Assembly (NCBI GenBank): GCA_965216965.1
Contig: CBDCGX010000010.1
Coordinates: forward strand, 6,249-70,248
From: Spirochaetia bacterium
Lineage (GTDB): Bacteria > Spirochaetota > Spirochaetia > WTKD01 > G963693115
Direction of reading: 5' to 3'
DNA: 64,000 nt
Shown here: in pieces, positions 41,516 through 52,400 of the stretch
Layout of the letters: each line of letters begins with the position of its first letter
Numbering within the stretch: position 1 is the stretch's first letter
The notes under the pieces: model-generated
Database searches by the model: none
Seen by the model: only the letters and a program-made list of their open reading frames with translations
Told to the model about the DNA's origin: nothing
Position numbers and translations under genes: made by a program

Positions 41516-42487
41516 ATGAATATATCGGTATTAGATACTGACCATCTTGGTGATGATATTGACTTCACCCCCCTTACACATCTTGCAAATAGGTATGGAG
41601 GAAGATGTACTCTCTACGATAATACAAGCGATGAGGATTTTTTTTCACATTGCATGTCTTCTCAAATACTTGTAGCCAATAGAGTAAAGTTTACTCAAGA
41701 TAAGCTAAAGAGATTAAATGATCTCAAATTAATTGCAATTACTGCTACGGGATTTAATTCTATAGATATTGATGCTGCAAAGTTGCTAAAAATAGGAGTT
41801 GCGAATGTTCCACATTATTCAACACCGAGTGTAACGCAATTTACATTTTCTTCGCTTTTTTTCCTGATGAATCATATGTCGTTTTATGATTCTTTTGTAA
41901 AGAGCGGAAGATATTCTAAAGGCATAGTATCAAGTAATTTAGATCGTTCGTGGCATGAATTGAAATCCTTGACGTGGGGAATTATAGGCATGGGACATAT
42001 AGGGCGAGAGGTCGCACGTATTGCGAAAACATTTGGATCTCATGTTGTATATTATTCTACAAGTGGAAAAAACATGAATGCACCTTATACCCACCTTCCG
42101 TTATTGCAGCTTCTTTCTGAAAGTGATATTATTTCTGTACATGCACCTCTTAACACAGTTACTCGTGGGCTACTCAATGCAGAAACGCTGAGCCGTGTTA
42201 AAAAGAATGCTATATTAATAAACGTAGGACGTGGTGGCATTATTGATGAAGAAGCTATAGCGAATATGATAAATACTAATGCCATTGGAGGGGTAGTTAT
42301 AGATGTGTTTGAGCGAGAACCGTTGCATCCTAGTAACCCCTTGCTTTCGGTGAAATATCCCGAGCGTTTATTACTAACTCCCCACATAGCGTGGTCAAGT
42401 ATTGAGGCGAGAAGAAAACTTGTACAAGTTGTACATAGCAATATAACTGCTTTTTTGGAGGGGAGAGAAGAGAATAGGGTGTGCTAG
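41516..42487 (+). CDS. D-2-hydroxyacid dehydrogenase (glycerate dehydrogenase-like)
   Basis: GIIGMGHIG, INVGRG, DVFEREP, TPHIAW. Confidence 0.92.
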   Translation: MNISVLDTDHLGDDIDFTPLTHLANRYGGRCTLYDNTSDEDFFSHCMSSQILVANRVKFTQDKLKRLNDLKLIAITATGFNSIDIDAAKLLKIGVANVPHYSTPSVTQFTFSSLFFLMNHMSFYDSFVKSGRYSKGIVSSNLDRSWHELKSLTWGIIGMGHIGREVARIAKTFGSHVVYYSTSGKNMNAPYTHLPLLQLLSESDIISVHAPLNTVTRGLLNAETLSRVKKNAILINVGRGGIIDEEAIANMINTNAIGGVVIDVFEREPLHPSNPLLSVKYPERLLLTPHIAWSSIEARRKLVQVVHSNITAFLEGREENRVC

Positions 42488-42522
42488 AGACATTTTGTTT
42501 TAGCTAATGTACTCTTATAGGG

Positions 42523-42589
42523 ACTTGACATTTTATTTTACTATTACTATTTTAAGTAATATAGTAAGCTAAACATTTTAATGTCAAGT
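42523..42589. promoter_or_regulatory. Inverted repeat overlapping the putative grpE-dnaK promoter
   Basis: ACTTGACATT (42523-42532) and AATGTCAAGT (42580-42589), inner TTACTAT/ATAGTAA pair; TTGACA on both strands. Confidence 0.5.
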
Positions 42590-42635
42590 AATGTGTCCTT
42601 ACAAAAGAATTATAAATATTTAGGTGAATTTATAT

Positions 42636-43346
42636 ATGAAAAACATAACTACTAAGAATAATCAAAGCGTATATACAGAAGAAGACGATATGGCGTCATC
42701 TATGAAAACATCTTCAGAAGAAGCGAATATATTGAGAGAAAATCAACACGGAAAATGCGAAGGTAAATGTATAGAAGAAGAGTGTACTTCGCAAGAAGAA
42801 TGTTGTCCAGAATGCAAAGAAAATGTTTCTGTAGAGAATGGTAATAAAATAGAAAATCAAGATATATTTAAAAAGTTGGAAGAAGAAAATCAAAGATTAA
42901 AAGATGAACTTTTAAGAGTTCATGCAGAAATGGATAACTCTAGAAAACGACTTCAAAAGCTTTTTGAAGAGAAGACGCAAGAAAAAACAAAAGATCTTCT
43001 CTTAGATATAGTGGAATTGCTTGATAATTTTGAAAGAGCGATAGGGGCAGAGAATGTAACGGATAAAAAAGAGGTAGGCGATTCACAGCTTTCGGCTGTT
43101 ATAGAAGGCGTAAAAATGATAGAAATACAATTTTTACAGACATTAAGTAATAAATGGGGGCTTGAACGATATGAGTCGGTAAATGTAGAATTTAATCCCG
43201 AAAAACATGAGGCAATGATGAAAGAAGAATCAGAAAAGGTCTCTGCTGATGTTGTTGTGGAAGAATATGCCAAAGGATATGTCTTTCGCGAAAAAGTATT
43301 GCGACCAGCAAAGGTAAAAGTCGCAGTGCCTAAAGAAGAAAAATAA
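42636..43346 (+). CDS. grpE: Nucleotide exchange factor GrpE (Cys-rich N-terminus)
   Basis: [40 protein letters not shown]. Confidence 0.95.
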   Translation: MKNITTKNNQSVYTEEDDMASSMKTSSEEANILRENQHGKCEGKCIEEECTSQEECCPECKENVSVENGNKIENQDIFKKLEEENQRLKDELLRVHAEMDNSRKRLQKLFEEKTQEKTKDLLLDIVELLDNFERAIGAENVTDKKEVGDSQLSAVIEGVKMIEIQFLQTLSNKWGLERYESVNVEFNPEKHEAMMKEESEKVSADVVVEEYAKGYVFREKVLRPAKVKVAVPKEEK

Positions 43347-43372
43347 GAATTTTAAAGAAGGAAGGTATAAAT

Positions 43373-45295
43373 ATGGCAAAAATCATAGGAATAGATTTAG
43401 GAACAACGAATAGTTGTGTTGCTGTAATAGAAGGTGGGGAGCCCGTAGTAATTCAAAACGAAGAGGGACAACGTACTACTCCATCTATTGTTGCTTTTTC
43501 AAAGAAAGGAGGAGCAATTGAAAGAATTGTTGGTCAAAATGCAAAGAACCAAATGGTTACAAATCCGGAAAACACGGTGTACTCAATTAAACGCTTTATG
43601 GGAAGAAATTACTCTGAGGTTTCTGAAGAAACAAAGAGAATTCCATATACGGTAAAGCAAGAAGGAAAAGGTGGGGTTTCTATTGAGTGTAACGAAAAGA
43701 GCTATACTCCACCAGAGATTTCATCAGTGATCTTGCAGAAGATGAAAAAAACTGCAGAAGATTATCTTGGAGAAGAAGTAAAAGAGGCAGTTATTACGGT
43801 TCCTGCATATTTTAACGATGCTCAAAGACAAGCTACTAAAGATGCAGGTCGTATAGCAGGACTTGATGTTAAGCGTATTGTAAATGAACCTACAGCTGCG
43901 GCGCTTGCATATGGACTTGATAAAAGTGCAAAAGAAGAGAAAATAGTAGTGTATGACCTTGGAGGAGGTACATTTGACATATCTATACTTGAATTAGGAG
44001 ATGGAGTGTTTGAGGTATGTTCAACAAACGGAGATACACATCTTGGTGGAGATAATTTTGATGATGTAATAATAGATCATCTTATAGCTGAGTTTAAAGG
44101 TCAGCAGGGGATAGATCTTGGAAAAGACAAAATGGCACTCCAACGGCTTAAAGAAGCTGCAGAAAAGGCAAAACGAGAGCTTTCTACAACTCAATCAACA
44201 GAAATAAATCTTCCGTTTATTACAGCCGACAGTGGTGGCCCAAAACATTTGCAACTTACACTAAGCAGGGCAAAGTTTGAGCAGATGATAGGCGATTTAG
44301 TTGAAAAAACAAAAGCACCTTGTATACAAGCACTTAAAGACGCTTCTGTAAGTGCAGCAGATATAGATCAAGTTATCTTAGTAGGCGGTTCTACTCGTAT
44401 TCCTCTTGTACAAAAAGCGGTAGAAGATATTTTTAAGAAAAAACCAAGTAAGGGAGTAAATCCTGATGAAGTTGTTGCAATGGGTGCAGCAATACAAGGG
44501 GGAATACTTGCAGGTGATGTAAAAGATATATTACTGTTAGATGTAACCCCACTTTCACTTGGTATAGAAACGCTTGGTGGTGCATTTACTCGGCTTATAG
44601 AAAAGAATACGACTATACCAACAAAAAAGTCGCAGATATTTTCAACAGCTGCAGATAATCAAACAGGGGTTACAATTCATGTTTTACAAGGAGAACGAGA
44701 GATTGCATCACAAAATAGGACGCTTGGCAGATTCGAGCTTGTAGGCATTCCTTCTGCACCTCGTGGAGTTCCTCAGATAGAGGTTACTTTTGATATTGAT
44801 GCAAATGGCATTGTGCATGTTTCGGCAAAGGATCTTGGAACTGGAAAGGAGCAGAAAATAAGAATTGAGTCTTCTTCTGGTCTTTCAGAAGAAGAAATAG
44901 GAAAAATGGTCAAGGACGCAGAAATACATGCAGAAGAAGACAAAAAACAGCGGGAGCTTGTAGAAAGCCGTAATATGGCAGAACAACTTGTATATTCAAC
45001 AGAAAAGTCTCTTAAAGACTATGGAGATAAAATATCTGATGATGATAAAAAGAAAATAGAAGAAGCTCTTAAAGAAGTGAAAAAAGTAAAAGATTCTGAT
45101 AATGTAGAAGACATTAAGGCTAAAACTGAGGTTCTTACGAAAGCAGCACACGCTCTTGCAGAACATATGTATAAGAATACGCAGCAAGAGCAGCAGCAAC
45201 AGCCAAAAAATGCTACTTTTGATGAGAAAACGAGCGATAATAAGAATGATAATAAAAATAAGAATGAGGCTGACTACGAAGTAGTAGATGAATAA
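43373..45295 (+). CDS. dnaK: Chaperone DnaK
   Basis: [32 protein letters not shown]. Confidence 0.99.
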   Translation: MAKIIGIDLGTTNSCVAVIEGGEPVVIQNEEGQRTTPSIVAFSKKGGAIERIVGQNAKNQMVTNPENTVYSIKRFMGRNYSEVSEETKRIPYTVKQEGKGGVSIECNEKSYTPPEISSVILQKMKKTAEDYLGEEVKEAVITVPAYFNDAQRQATKDAGRIAGLDVKRIVNEPTAAALAYGLDKSAKEEKIVVYDLGGGTFDISILELGDGVFEVCSTNGDTHLGGDNFDDVIIDHLIAEFKGQQGIDLGKDKMALQRLKEAAEKAKRELSTTQSTEINLPFITADSGGPKHLQLTLSRAKFEQMIGDLVEKTKAPCIQALKDASVSAADIDQVILVGGSTRIPLVQKAVEDIFKKKPSKGVNPDEVVAMGAAIQGGILAGDVKDILLLDVTPLSLGIETLGGAFTRLIEKNTTIPTKKSQIFSTAADNQTGVTIHVLQGEREIASQNRTLGRFELVGIPSAPRGVPQIEVTFDIDANGIVHVSAKDLGTGKEQKIRIESSSGLSEEEIGKMVKDAEIHAEEDKKQRELVESRNMAEQLVYSTEKSLKDYGDKISDDDKKKIEEALKEVKKVKDSDNVEDIKAKTEVLTKAAHALAEHMYKNTQQEQQQQPKNATFDEKTSDNKNDNKNKNEADYEVVDE

Positions 45296-45327
45296 AAGAT
45301 TATTCTTAATTAAAAAATAGAGATTTT

Positions 45328-45357
45328 ACACCTATGTTTTGTTGCGTAGGTGTTTTC
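45328..45357 (+). terminator. Putative intrinsic terminator after dnaK
   Basis: ACACCTATG-loop-CGTAGGTGT followed by TTT. Confidence 0.55.
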
Positions 45358-45418
45358 TATAATTCAATTACGTGTTATACTTTATGTAATATGCTAAACG
45401 TGGAGCGGATAAAATAAA

Positions 45419-46561
45419 ATGGCCCAAAAACGAGATTATTATGAGATATTAGGAGTATCTAGCAGTGCCTCAAATGATGAAATAAAAAAGGCATATAGAA
45501 AACTTGCGATTAAATATCATCCCGATAAAAATCAAGGAAATAAAGAAGCCGAGAATTATTTTAAAGAAGCGACAGAGGCGTATGAGATTCTTAGTAGTAC
45601 AGAAAAGCGAAAAATGTATGATCAGTATGGGTTTGAAGGCTTAAATGCGGCGTCTGGTGCGGGAGGACATGATTTTTCGAGTGTTTTTAGAGAATTTAAA
45701 GATATCTTTGAAGGTGGAAGTTTTGAGGGCTTTTTTAGCGGGGGGGGTGGAGGAGAGAGCATATTTGATAGTATTTTTGGAATTAATCAAAATAGAAAAA
45801 AACGAGATAAGCGAGATATTCGTGTTGTTATGCGGATACGCTTAGAGGATGCAGTAAACGGAAGTGAAAAAAAATTCTCATACGAGAAATACATAGAATG
45901 TGATAGTTGTGGAGGAAGTGGTTCTGAAAAAGGATCATCTGTGCAAACATGTCAGCATTGTGGCGGAAGCGGAATGGCTCACAGTAGCGGGTTGGGAGGA
46001 TTTTTTTCTTTCTCATCGACATGTGGACATTGTGGTGGTAGTGGTAAAATTATTGTTAAAAAATGTAGATCCTGTAGAGGCGAGGGGTCTATCGTTAAAA
46101 GACAGTCAGTAAAGGTGAGAATACCTTCAGGATCAAATTCTCATGACACACTTTCTCTTACAGGTATGGGACATGAAATTGAAGGGGGAAAAGGTGATGT
46201 TAACATAACGTTAGAAATCCAACCTCACAATGTATATATTAAAGACCATAATGATCTCATTGCGTATTTGCCCGTAGATTTCATTACTGCAACTATAGGA
46301 GGATCTGTGTATTTCACCTCCATTACGGGAGAACGATTGCATGTTCCCATTCCTCCTCATTCAGAAGATGCTAAAACTATACGTATAAAAAGAAAAGGTA
46401 TTTCAGGAGCAAATACGTTTACAGGCGATATGCTAGTTGTTATAAAGATAGTATCTCCTCAAAAAATATCTAGGCATGCAATGGAGCTACTTAAGAAATT
46501 AAAAGAAGAAATAGGAGATGATCATGAAGTATCTCCGCTTACGCATAATCATTATGAGTAA
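45419..46561 (+). CDS. dnaJ: Chaperone DnaJ
   Basis: J-domain HPD, G/F region, four CxxCxGxG repeats. Confidence 0.97.
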   Translation: MAQKRDYYEILGVSSSASNDEIKKAYRKLAIKYHPDKNQGNKEAENYFKEATEAYEILSSTEKRKMYDQYGFEGLNAASGAGGHDFSSVFREFKDIFEGGSFEGFFSGGGGGESIFDSIFGINQNRKKRDKRDIRVVMRIRLEDAVNGSEKKFSYEKYIECDSCGGSGSEKGSSVQTCQHCGGSGMAHSSGLGGFFSFSSTCGHCGGSGKIIVKKCRSCRGEGSIVKRQSVKVRIPSGSNSHDTLSLTGMGHEIEGGKGDVNITLEIQPHNVYIKDHNDLIAYLPVDFITATIGGSVYFTSITGERLHVPIPPHSEDAKTIRIKRKGISGANTFTGDMLVVIKIVSPQKISRHAMELLKKLKEEIGDDHEVSPLTHNHYE

Positions 46562-47042
46562 TTTTTTAAATATTATATGTAGAAAAAACAAGATTATCTT
46601 TTTGTCAATAATTGTTTTTTTATTGATACATTCTATAAGTTTTGCAGAAAAGACTATTAGATATAAGGCAGAGGATAAAAAAGGTCCTGATATTCCTCAA
46701 GGAGTGTTCTTTTATAAGGAAAAACGGATATGGGATATGAGTGAGTATAAACTCCCTTGGCTTTTGGTTGATGTAAATGGCGATAAAAAAATAGATGCAA
46801 CAACTCGTATTCGATCGCGTGATTTTACGAAAATAGTTGAGGTGTTGGATTCTAATTATGATGGCAAAGCAGATGACTTTGCATTTTTTAATCAGAGTGG
46901 TGATATGGTTTATCAAGAAGTAGATAGTAATTTTGATGGGAAAATTGATTTATGGGTTTTTATCAGAAGTGGAAAATATGTAAAAAAGTTTCAGAGAGAT
47001 AAAAATTTTGATGGATATATAGATATTGAAAGAAAGTTCTAG
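46554..47042 (+). CDS. Exported protein with four Dx[DN]xDG-like loops
   Basis: Signal peptide; [36 protein letters not shown]. Confidence 0.7.
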   Translation: MSNFLNIICRKNKIIFLSIIVFLLIHSISFAEKTIRYKAEDKKGPDIPQGVFFYKEKRIWDMSEYKLPWLLVDVNGDKKIDATTRIRSRDFTKIVEVLDSNYDGKADDFAFFNQSGDMVYQEVDSNFDGKIDLWVFIRSGKYVKKFQRDKNFDGYIDIERKF

Positions 47043-47051
47043 TTGTTTTAT

Positions 47052-47801
47052 ATGAGAGTAATTGGAACCCACGCAATACGACAATCTATACACAGTAAGA
47101 GCAAAGGTGTGTTGTATGTGGTAAAAAATAACTCTCATCTTAAAGAATATACTGATCGTATAGCTCACACTGGAGCATCTATTACAGTTACACTGTGTAC
47201 TCATTTAGAAATGAAGGAGAAAAAAGTAAAGCAAGGTGCTCTTTTGATTCTTACTGCAGGGGGAGAGGAAAAGCATGTTTTACGTCTTAATGAATGGTTG
47301 CAATCCACACTCGCTTCTAATCGATTATGTATACTTGTTTTAGATCATATACATGATGTTCAAAATTTAGGGGCACTTTTTCGGAGTGCGTTGCTTTTTG
47401 ATGTTGATCTTATTATTTCTCCAACATTAAGAAGTGCTGCTGAGAATGAATTTGCTTTTAAAGCATCTTCGGGGGCATTGGGTATTGTTCCTCATTGCAA
47501 GGTAGTTAATATAACGCAAAGTATAGCATTACTTAAAAAACACAATGTATGGACCTATGCTTTAGATATGAGGGGGGAGGATATTAGTTCATATGATATC
47601 CCATCTCGTATTGCGTTTGTAGTAGGAAATGAAGAGAAGGGAATATCTACTTCTGTAATAAAAGAAAGTGATGGCATACTTTCAATTCCAATGACAGAAA
47701 GATGTTCGGATGTAGATTCATTTAATGTAAGCGTAAGTGCCGCTATAGCATGTTATGAATATATAAAACATCATAAATTACGAAACATACACCCTGCTTG
47801 A
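47052..47801 (+). CDS. rlmB: TrmH/SpoU-family RNA methyltransferase (RlmB-like)
   Basis: LDHIHDVQNLGALFRSA, VGNEEKG, IPM..SFNVSVSAAI. Confidence 0.85.
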   Translation: MRVIGTHAIRQSIHSKSKGVLYVVKNNSHLKEYTDRIAHTGASITVTLCTHLEMKEKKVKQGALLILTAGGEEKHVLRLNEWLQSTLASNRLCILVLDHIHDVQNLGALFRSALLFDVDLIISPTLRSAAENEFAFKASSGALGIVPHCKVVNITQSIALLKKHNVWTYALDMRGEDISSYDIPSRIAFVVGNEEKGISTSVIKESDGILSIPMTERCSDVDSFNVSVSAAIACYEYIKHHKLRNIHPA

Positions 47802-47826
47802 CATTAGACATAATTCTGTTTACCAT
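47798..47826 (+). promoter_or_regulatory. sigma70 promoter of tRNA-Gly/tig
   Basis: TTGACA-N17-TACCAT; the -35 overlaps the rlmB stop codon. Confidence 0.7.
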
Positions 47827-47838
47827 AAAAAATAAGGT

Positions 47839-47911
47839 GCGAGAATAGCTTAGTTGGTAGAGCGCCACCTTGCCAAGGTGGAGGTCGCGAGTTCGAGCCT
47901 CGTTTCTCGCT
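47839..47911 (+). tRNA. tRNA-Gly(GCC), CCA not encoded
   Basis: GCGAGAA/TTCTCGC acceptor, CCACC-TTGCCAA-GGTGG anticodon arm, GTTCGAG T-loop. Confidence 0.97.
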
Positions 47912-47940
47912 TATTATGTGCAAAGCGTTGTGCATAATAA
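47911..47940. other. Hairpin directly after tRNA-Gly
   Basis: TTATTATGTGCAA-AGCG-TTGTGCATAATAA (with G-U pairs). Confidence 0.45.
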
Positions 47941-47971
47941 CGTTTATAAGTAATGGAGTTAATATTCTAAT

Positions 47972-49339
47972 ATGTCAGAAATATCTCATAAGATTATAGA
48001 AAAAGGAAATGCACGAATATCTCTTACAATAACGGTCCCGTTGTCTAGAGTTACTGCTGTATATAATACTTCTGTTAAAGAAATAGCTAAGAAAGCACAG
48101 ATAAAGGGATTTAGAAAAGGAAATGTTCCTGTTGCAGTATTAGAAAAGAGATTTGGAGATGCTCTTAAGGCAGATTCTTTTGAGAAGCTTGTTAATGAAT
48201 CGGTGCAGGAAGTGCTCAAAGAAGTTGAGAAAAAACCACTCCCATATGCAAGACCAGAGTTGCAAAAAGAAGATACATTTTCTTTTGATATATCAAAAGA
48301 TTTTATATTTACCATAGAATATGATACTATTCCTTGTATAGAGCCATGCAAGATAGATTCTCTTACTATTTTAGAACCTAAAATAAGAATTACCGATAAT
48401 GATATAGAAGAAGAGCTACGAGGTATACAAGATCGGAATGCTATTACAATAGAGAAACAGGGGGCTATCGCTAATGGCGATGTAGTTAGTATAGCATACA
48501 GCGAATGTGATGAGAAAAAAAATGAAATACACGGGACAAAGCGAGAAAATTATACATTGACTGTTGGGGAAAAGGAACAAAGCGTATACGATATAGGTAA
48601 GGATCTCATTGGAATGTCAAAGGATGAAGAAAAAATTATTACAAAAACATTTTCCAAGGACTATGCATTTAAAGAATATGCAGATAAAACAGTTATTCTT
48701 AAAGTTTTTATAGAAAATGTAAAACAAAGAGATCTTCCCGATATAGATGATGAACTTGCTCAAGACTTTAGTCAAAAATATAAAACACTTGACGATCTAA
48801 AAAAAGATCTCAGGATCCAATTGGGTGAGAGGGCTCAAAAAATTATAGAAGATACACAAGAAAAACAAATAATGAGCTATCTTGTAAAAAATTCAAAGGT
48901 AGAAGTACCCGCATCTGCTGTACAGATGCAATTAGAAAGCTTTTGGCAGAATTTTGTTCGCAGTAATGGCAATAATGCAGAAACAATGCTTGCAGAGCTT
49001 GCTAAAGTAGGAAAAAGTAAGGATATGCTCATGGATTCGTGGAAACAAGATGCAGAAAAACAAGTCATAAGCCAGTTTCTTGTTGCAAAGTTGCGTGAGG
49101 AAGAAAATATAACGTGTACGGACGAAGATGTTATTGAACGAATAAAGTCTGATTGTGAAAAAACGGGAGCAGATTATAAAGAAATAAAGGATTATTATAC
49201 AAAGCACAACCTTATGGAACAAATAAAAGATGACCTTGCACATAAAAAACTTTTTGAAATTTTAAAAAAGCGTACTACTATAAAAAAAGAGGGAGAAAAA
49301 TCTTTTTTACAAATAGTTGAAGGACAAAACAATGAGTAA
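47972..49339 (+). CDS. tig: Trigger factor
   Basis: [10 protein letters not shown] signature, LPDIDDELA; tig-clpP-clpX order. Confidence 0.95.
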   Translation: MSEISHKIIEKGNARISLTITVPLSRVTAVYNTSVKEIAKKAQIKGFRKGNVPVAVLEKRFGDALKADSFEKLVNESVQEVLKEVEKKPLPYARPELQKEDTFSFDISKDFIFTIEYDTIPCIEPCKIDSLTILEPKIRITDNDIEEELRGIQDRNAITIEKQGAIANGDVVSIAYSECDEKKNEIHGTKRENYTLTVGEKEQSVYDIGKDLIGMSKDEEKIITKTFSKDYAFKEYADKTVILKVFIENVKQRDLPDIDDELAQDFSQKYKTLDDLKKDLRIQLGERAQKIIEDTQEKQIMSYLVKNSKVEVPASAVQMQLESFWQNFVRSNGNNAETMLAELAKVGKSKDMLMDSWKQDAEKQVISQFLVAKLREEENITCTDEDVIERIKSDCEKTGADYKEIKDYYTKHNLMEQIKDDLAHKKLFEILKKRTTIKKEGEKSFLQIVEGQNNE

Positions 49340-49979
49340 AAACAAAAACAATAAAAATTATCACAAAGAAGATGTATATATGAACACTGTCGTGCCCATG
49401 GTTCTTGAGCGCTCTGATGGGGTGGAAAGAGCCTTTGATATCTATTCTCGTCTTCTAAAGGAACGAATAATCTTTATTGGTGGTGTAATAGACGATGGTA
49501 TTGCAAACCTTGTTATTGCTCAAATGCTTTTTTTAGAGTCGCTTTCTACTGAGAAACCAATACAGTTATACATTAATAGCGTAGGTGGGTCTGTTACAGC
49601 AGGATTTGCAATTTATGATACAATGCAATACACAAATAGTCCTGTACAAACTATTTGTGTAGGTCAAGCAATATCGATTGCAGCATTGTTATTGGTAGCA
49701 GGGACACCTGAAAGAAGAAAAGCCCTTCCCTCATCACGTATTATGATACATCAACCATGGGGTGGTGTAGAGGGACAGGCAACAGATATTAGCTTACAGA
49801 CGAAAGAAATGTTACGAATAAAACAACTTATTACACATTATTTTGTAAAACATACTGGAAATAAAGAAGAAGTCATATCAAAGGATATTGAGCGGGACTA
49901 TTTTATGTCTCCTCAACAAGCACTTTCATATGGTCTTATAGATGAGATACTTGTGAGGCATGAAAAACAACATGAATGA
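49332..49979 (+). CDS. clpP: ATP-dependent Clp protease proteolytic subunit
   Basis: [18 protein letters not shown] (catalytic Ser), IMIHQP, ERDYFM. Confidence 0.97.
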   Translation: MSKNKNNKNYHKEDVYMNTVVPMVLERSDGVERAFDIYSRLLKERIIFIGGVIDDGIANLVIAQMLFLESLSTEKPIQLYINSVGGSVTAGFAIYDTMQYTNSPVQTICVGQAISIAALLLVAGTPERRKALPSSRIMIHQPWGGVEGQATDISLQTKEMLRIKQLITHYFVKHTGNKEEVISKDIERDYFMSPQQALSYGLIDEILVRHEKQHE

Positions 49980-51316
49980 TACTACTATTGAATGCTCTTT
50001 TTGTAGACAGATTGTTACAAACCAACAGGTGATACAGGGAAATAAAGCAATTATATGTAGAAAATGCATCTTATACTGTTCGAGCTTTTTTAAAGAAGAA
50101 GAGCATATAGAAAAAAAGAAGTATGATTTTTTAAAAGAACCACCAACCCCACAAGAAATAAAAAATATTTTTAGATGATTTTGTCGTGGGGCAAGAATAT
50201 GCAAAGAAGGTGCTTGCCGTTTCTGCATATAATCACTATAAGCGAATCTATCATAATAGAATGAATTTTCATAAGAAAGAAGATACAAATCATTTTCCTA
50301 AGGGTCATTATCAATATAAAAAATCATTGCAAAATGACAATGAGGATAAAAAAAAGGATGTACATGAGAATGTAGTCCTTGAAAAGTCTAACATATTGCT
50401 TATTGGTCATACGGGAGTTGGAAAAACCTTACTGGCCAAGACTCTTGCAGATTTTCTTAATGTTCCATTTGCAATAGCTGATGCTACTACACTTACCGAA
50501 GCGGGATATGTAGGTGAGGATGTCGAAAATATACTCCTTAAATTATATCAAGCAGCAGATAAAGATGTGGATGCAACGCAGCAAGGTATTATATTTATAG
50601 ATGAAATAGATAAAATTTCTCGAAAAAGCAAAAATCCTTCTATTACTCGTGATGTATCGGGAGAAGGGGTCCAACAAGCACTACTAAAAATCATAGAGGG
50701 CACTGTTGCTTCTGTTCCCCCGCAAGGTGGAAGAAAACATCCTCACCAACCGATGATACAAATTGATACAAGTAATATATTGTTTATATGCGGGGGAGCT
50801 TTTGTTGGATTAAAAGACATAGTGCTTTCTCGTATAAGTGCCCAGACACTGGGATTTGATAGCGATGTTTCTAATAAGGAATACTCTGACTCAGATATTT
50901 TAAAAAAGATACATCCAGAAGATTTAATCCATTATGGATTTGTTCCTGAGTTTGTAGGACGACTTCCTATTATTGCTTCTCTTGATTCTCATGATGCGAT
51001 AAGTTTACGGAAGATTTTATTAGAACCAAAAAACTCAATAATACGGCAAATGCAACAATTTTTCAAACTAAGCAATGTTGAGCTTGTGTTTGATGACGAT
51101 GCCATTACTACAATTGCCGAAATGTCATTTAGGCGGAATATTGGGGCGCGAGGACTTCGTACAATTATAGAGGAATTATTGCTTGATACCATGTATATAA
51201 TCCCTTCAAATTCTGATGTTAAACGAGTAAGGGTTACCCAAGAAGCAGTTCTAAAGAAGATTGCTCCTTATATTGAATATTCCCAAAGAATAAAAGCTAT
51301 TAAAGACAGTGCATAA
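49972..51316 (+). CDS. clpX: Clp protease ATPase ClpX, frameshift at ~50170 (T5 run)
   Basis: CSFC..CRKC Zn finger; [38 protein letters not shown]; one-base removal gives [13 protein letters not shown]. Confidence 0.95.
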
Positions 51317-51334
51317 TATACCGAAATTATAAAT

Positions 51335-52288
51335 ATGGATCTTCCATTTCTTAACTCTTTTATAACTGTAGACAATGCTGGTGAAAAAAATATACGTTCT
51401 TTGTTGAAACTTTCACATAAGTGTAAAAAAGAAGGCATACAGAAGAAAATGACGAGAAAACAATACCTTCTAGGGAAAACAATTGCACTGCTTTTTGAAA
51501 AACCTTCAACACGAACGAGGGCTTCATTTGAGACTTCTATATCAGAAGAGGGGGGAGGAGCTATTTTTCTCTCAAAAAATGATTTGCATTTAGGAGATAA
51601 GGAGAGTATAGAAGATACCGCACGTGTATTAGGGGGAATGTTTTCTGCCATAGTTTTTAGAGGAAACAAGCAGAATAATTGCGAAATTTTACAGAGAGAG
51701 AGTGGTATTCCTGTTATTAATGCGCTTACAGACACCCACCATCCAACTCAAGCATTAGCAGATATTATGACAATTCAGGAGCATTTTAAAGATTTAAGAA
51801 TAAAAAAAGACTGTATAGTCAGTTTTGTTGGTGATGGGTGCAATAATGTGGCATGTTCGCTTATTACAATATGTGCAATGCTTGGAATACGCATTCATAT
51901 AGCATCATCAAAGCATTACTTCCCATCAAAAGAAACACTTGTTATTGCAAGGCGATATGCGAAAAAGAATAAATCAGAAATACATATGGATGAAGATATA
52001 AAAAAGATGCTTAAGGGAGCTGATGTAGTTTATACTGATACATGGGTCTCTATGGGAGAAAAAGAAAGTAGCGTAAAAATAAAACGATGTAAACCATATA
52101 AAGTTACTCAAGAAGTAATGAAAATGGCAAAAAAAGATGCAATATTTATGCATTGTCTTCCTGCAAAAAGGGGATATGAAGTTTCTGATGAAGTAATTAA
52201 TGGAAAACAATCTCGTGTATGGCAACAAGCAGAAAATAAAAAACACTCTGCAAAGGCTGTATTGCTTGCATGTTTAAAAATTATATAA
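51335..52288 (+). CDS. argF: Ornithine carbamoyltransferase
   Basis: FEKPSTRTR, HPTQALAD, YTDTWVSMG, HCLP. Confidence 0.95.
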   Translation: MDLPFLNSFITVDNAGEKNIRSLLKLSHKCKKEGIQKKMTRKQYLLGKTIALLFEKPSTRTRASFETSISEEGGGAIFLSKNDLHLGDKESIEDTARVLGGMFSAIVFRGNKQNNCEILQRESGIPVINALTDTHHPTQALADIMTIQEHFKDLRIKKDCIVSFVGDGCNNVACSLITICAMLGIRIHIASSKHYFPSKETLVIARRYAKKNKSEIHMDEDIKKMLKGADVVYTDTWVSMGEKESSVKIKRCKPYKVTQEVMKMAKKDAIFMHCLPAKRGYEVSDEVINGKQSRVWQQAENKKHSAKAVLLACLKII

Positions 52289-52378
52289 TTTATAGAGGCT
52301 ATTCTGGTACAGGGGCTTTTGCACAAAATATTGGTGATATAGAGATCATCAATCAAAAATTAAAAGGATTATACGTTG
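52289..52378 (+). pseudogene. Deleted 5' remnant of the hypothetical gene at 59064
   Basis: ggtacagggg cttttgcacaaaatattggtgatatagagatcatcaatcaaaaatta..ttatacg matches 59118-59190. Confidence 0.85.
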
Positions 52379-52400
52379 TTTTTTTGTTCGCAAAGTAAAT

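Larger units (their letters stand above)
51220..52378 (+). repeat. Left copy of direct duplication (clpX 3' end + intact argF + remnant of gene 59064)
   Basis: 51220-51433, 52059-52288 and 52289-52378 align by eye with 58592-59193. Confidence 0.92.

Noticed and set aside
45740-45747. G8 tract in dnaJ
   Set aside because: In frame within the Gly-rich G/F region, explained by Gly codons.
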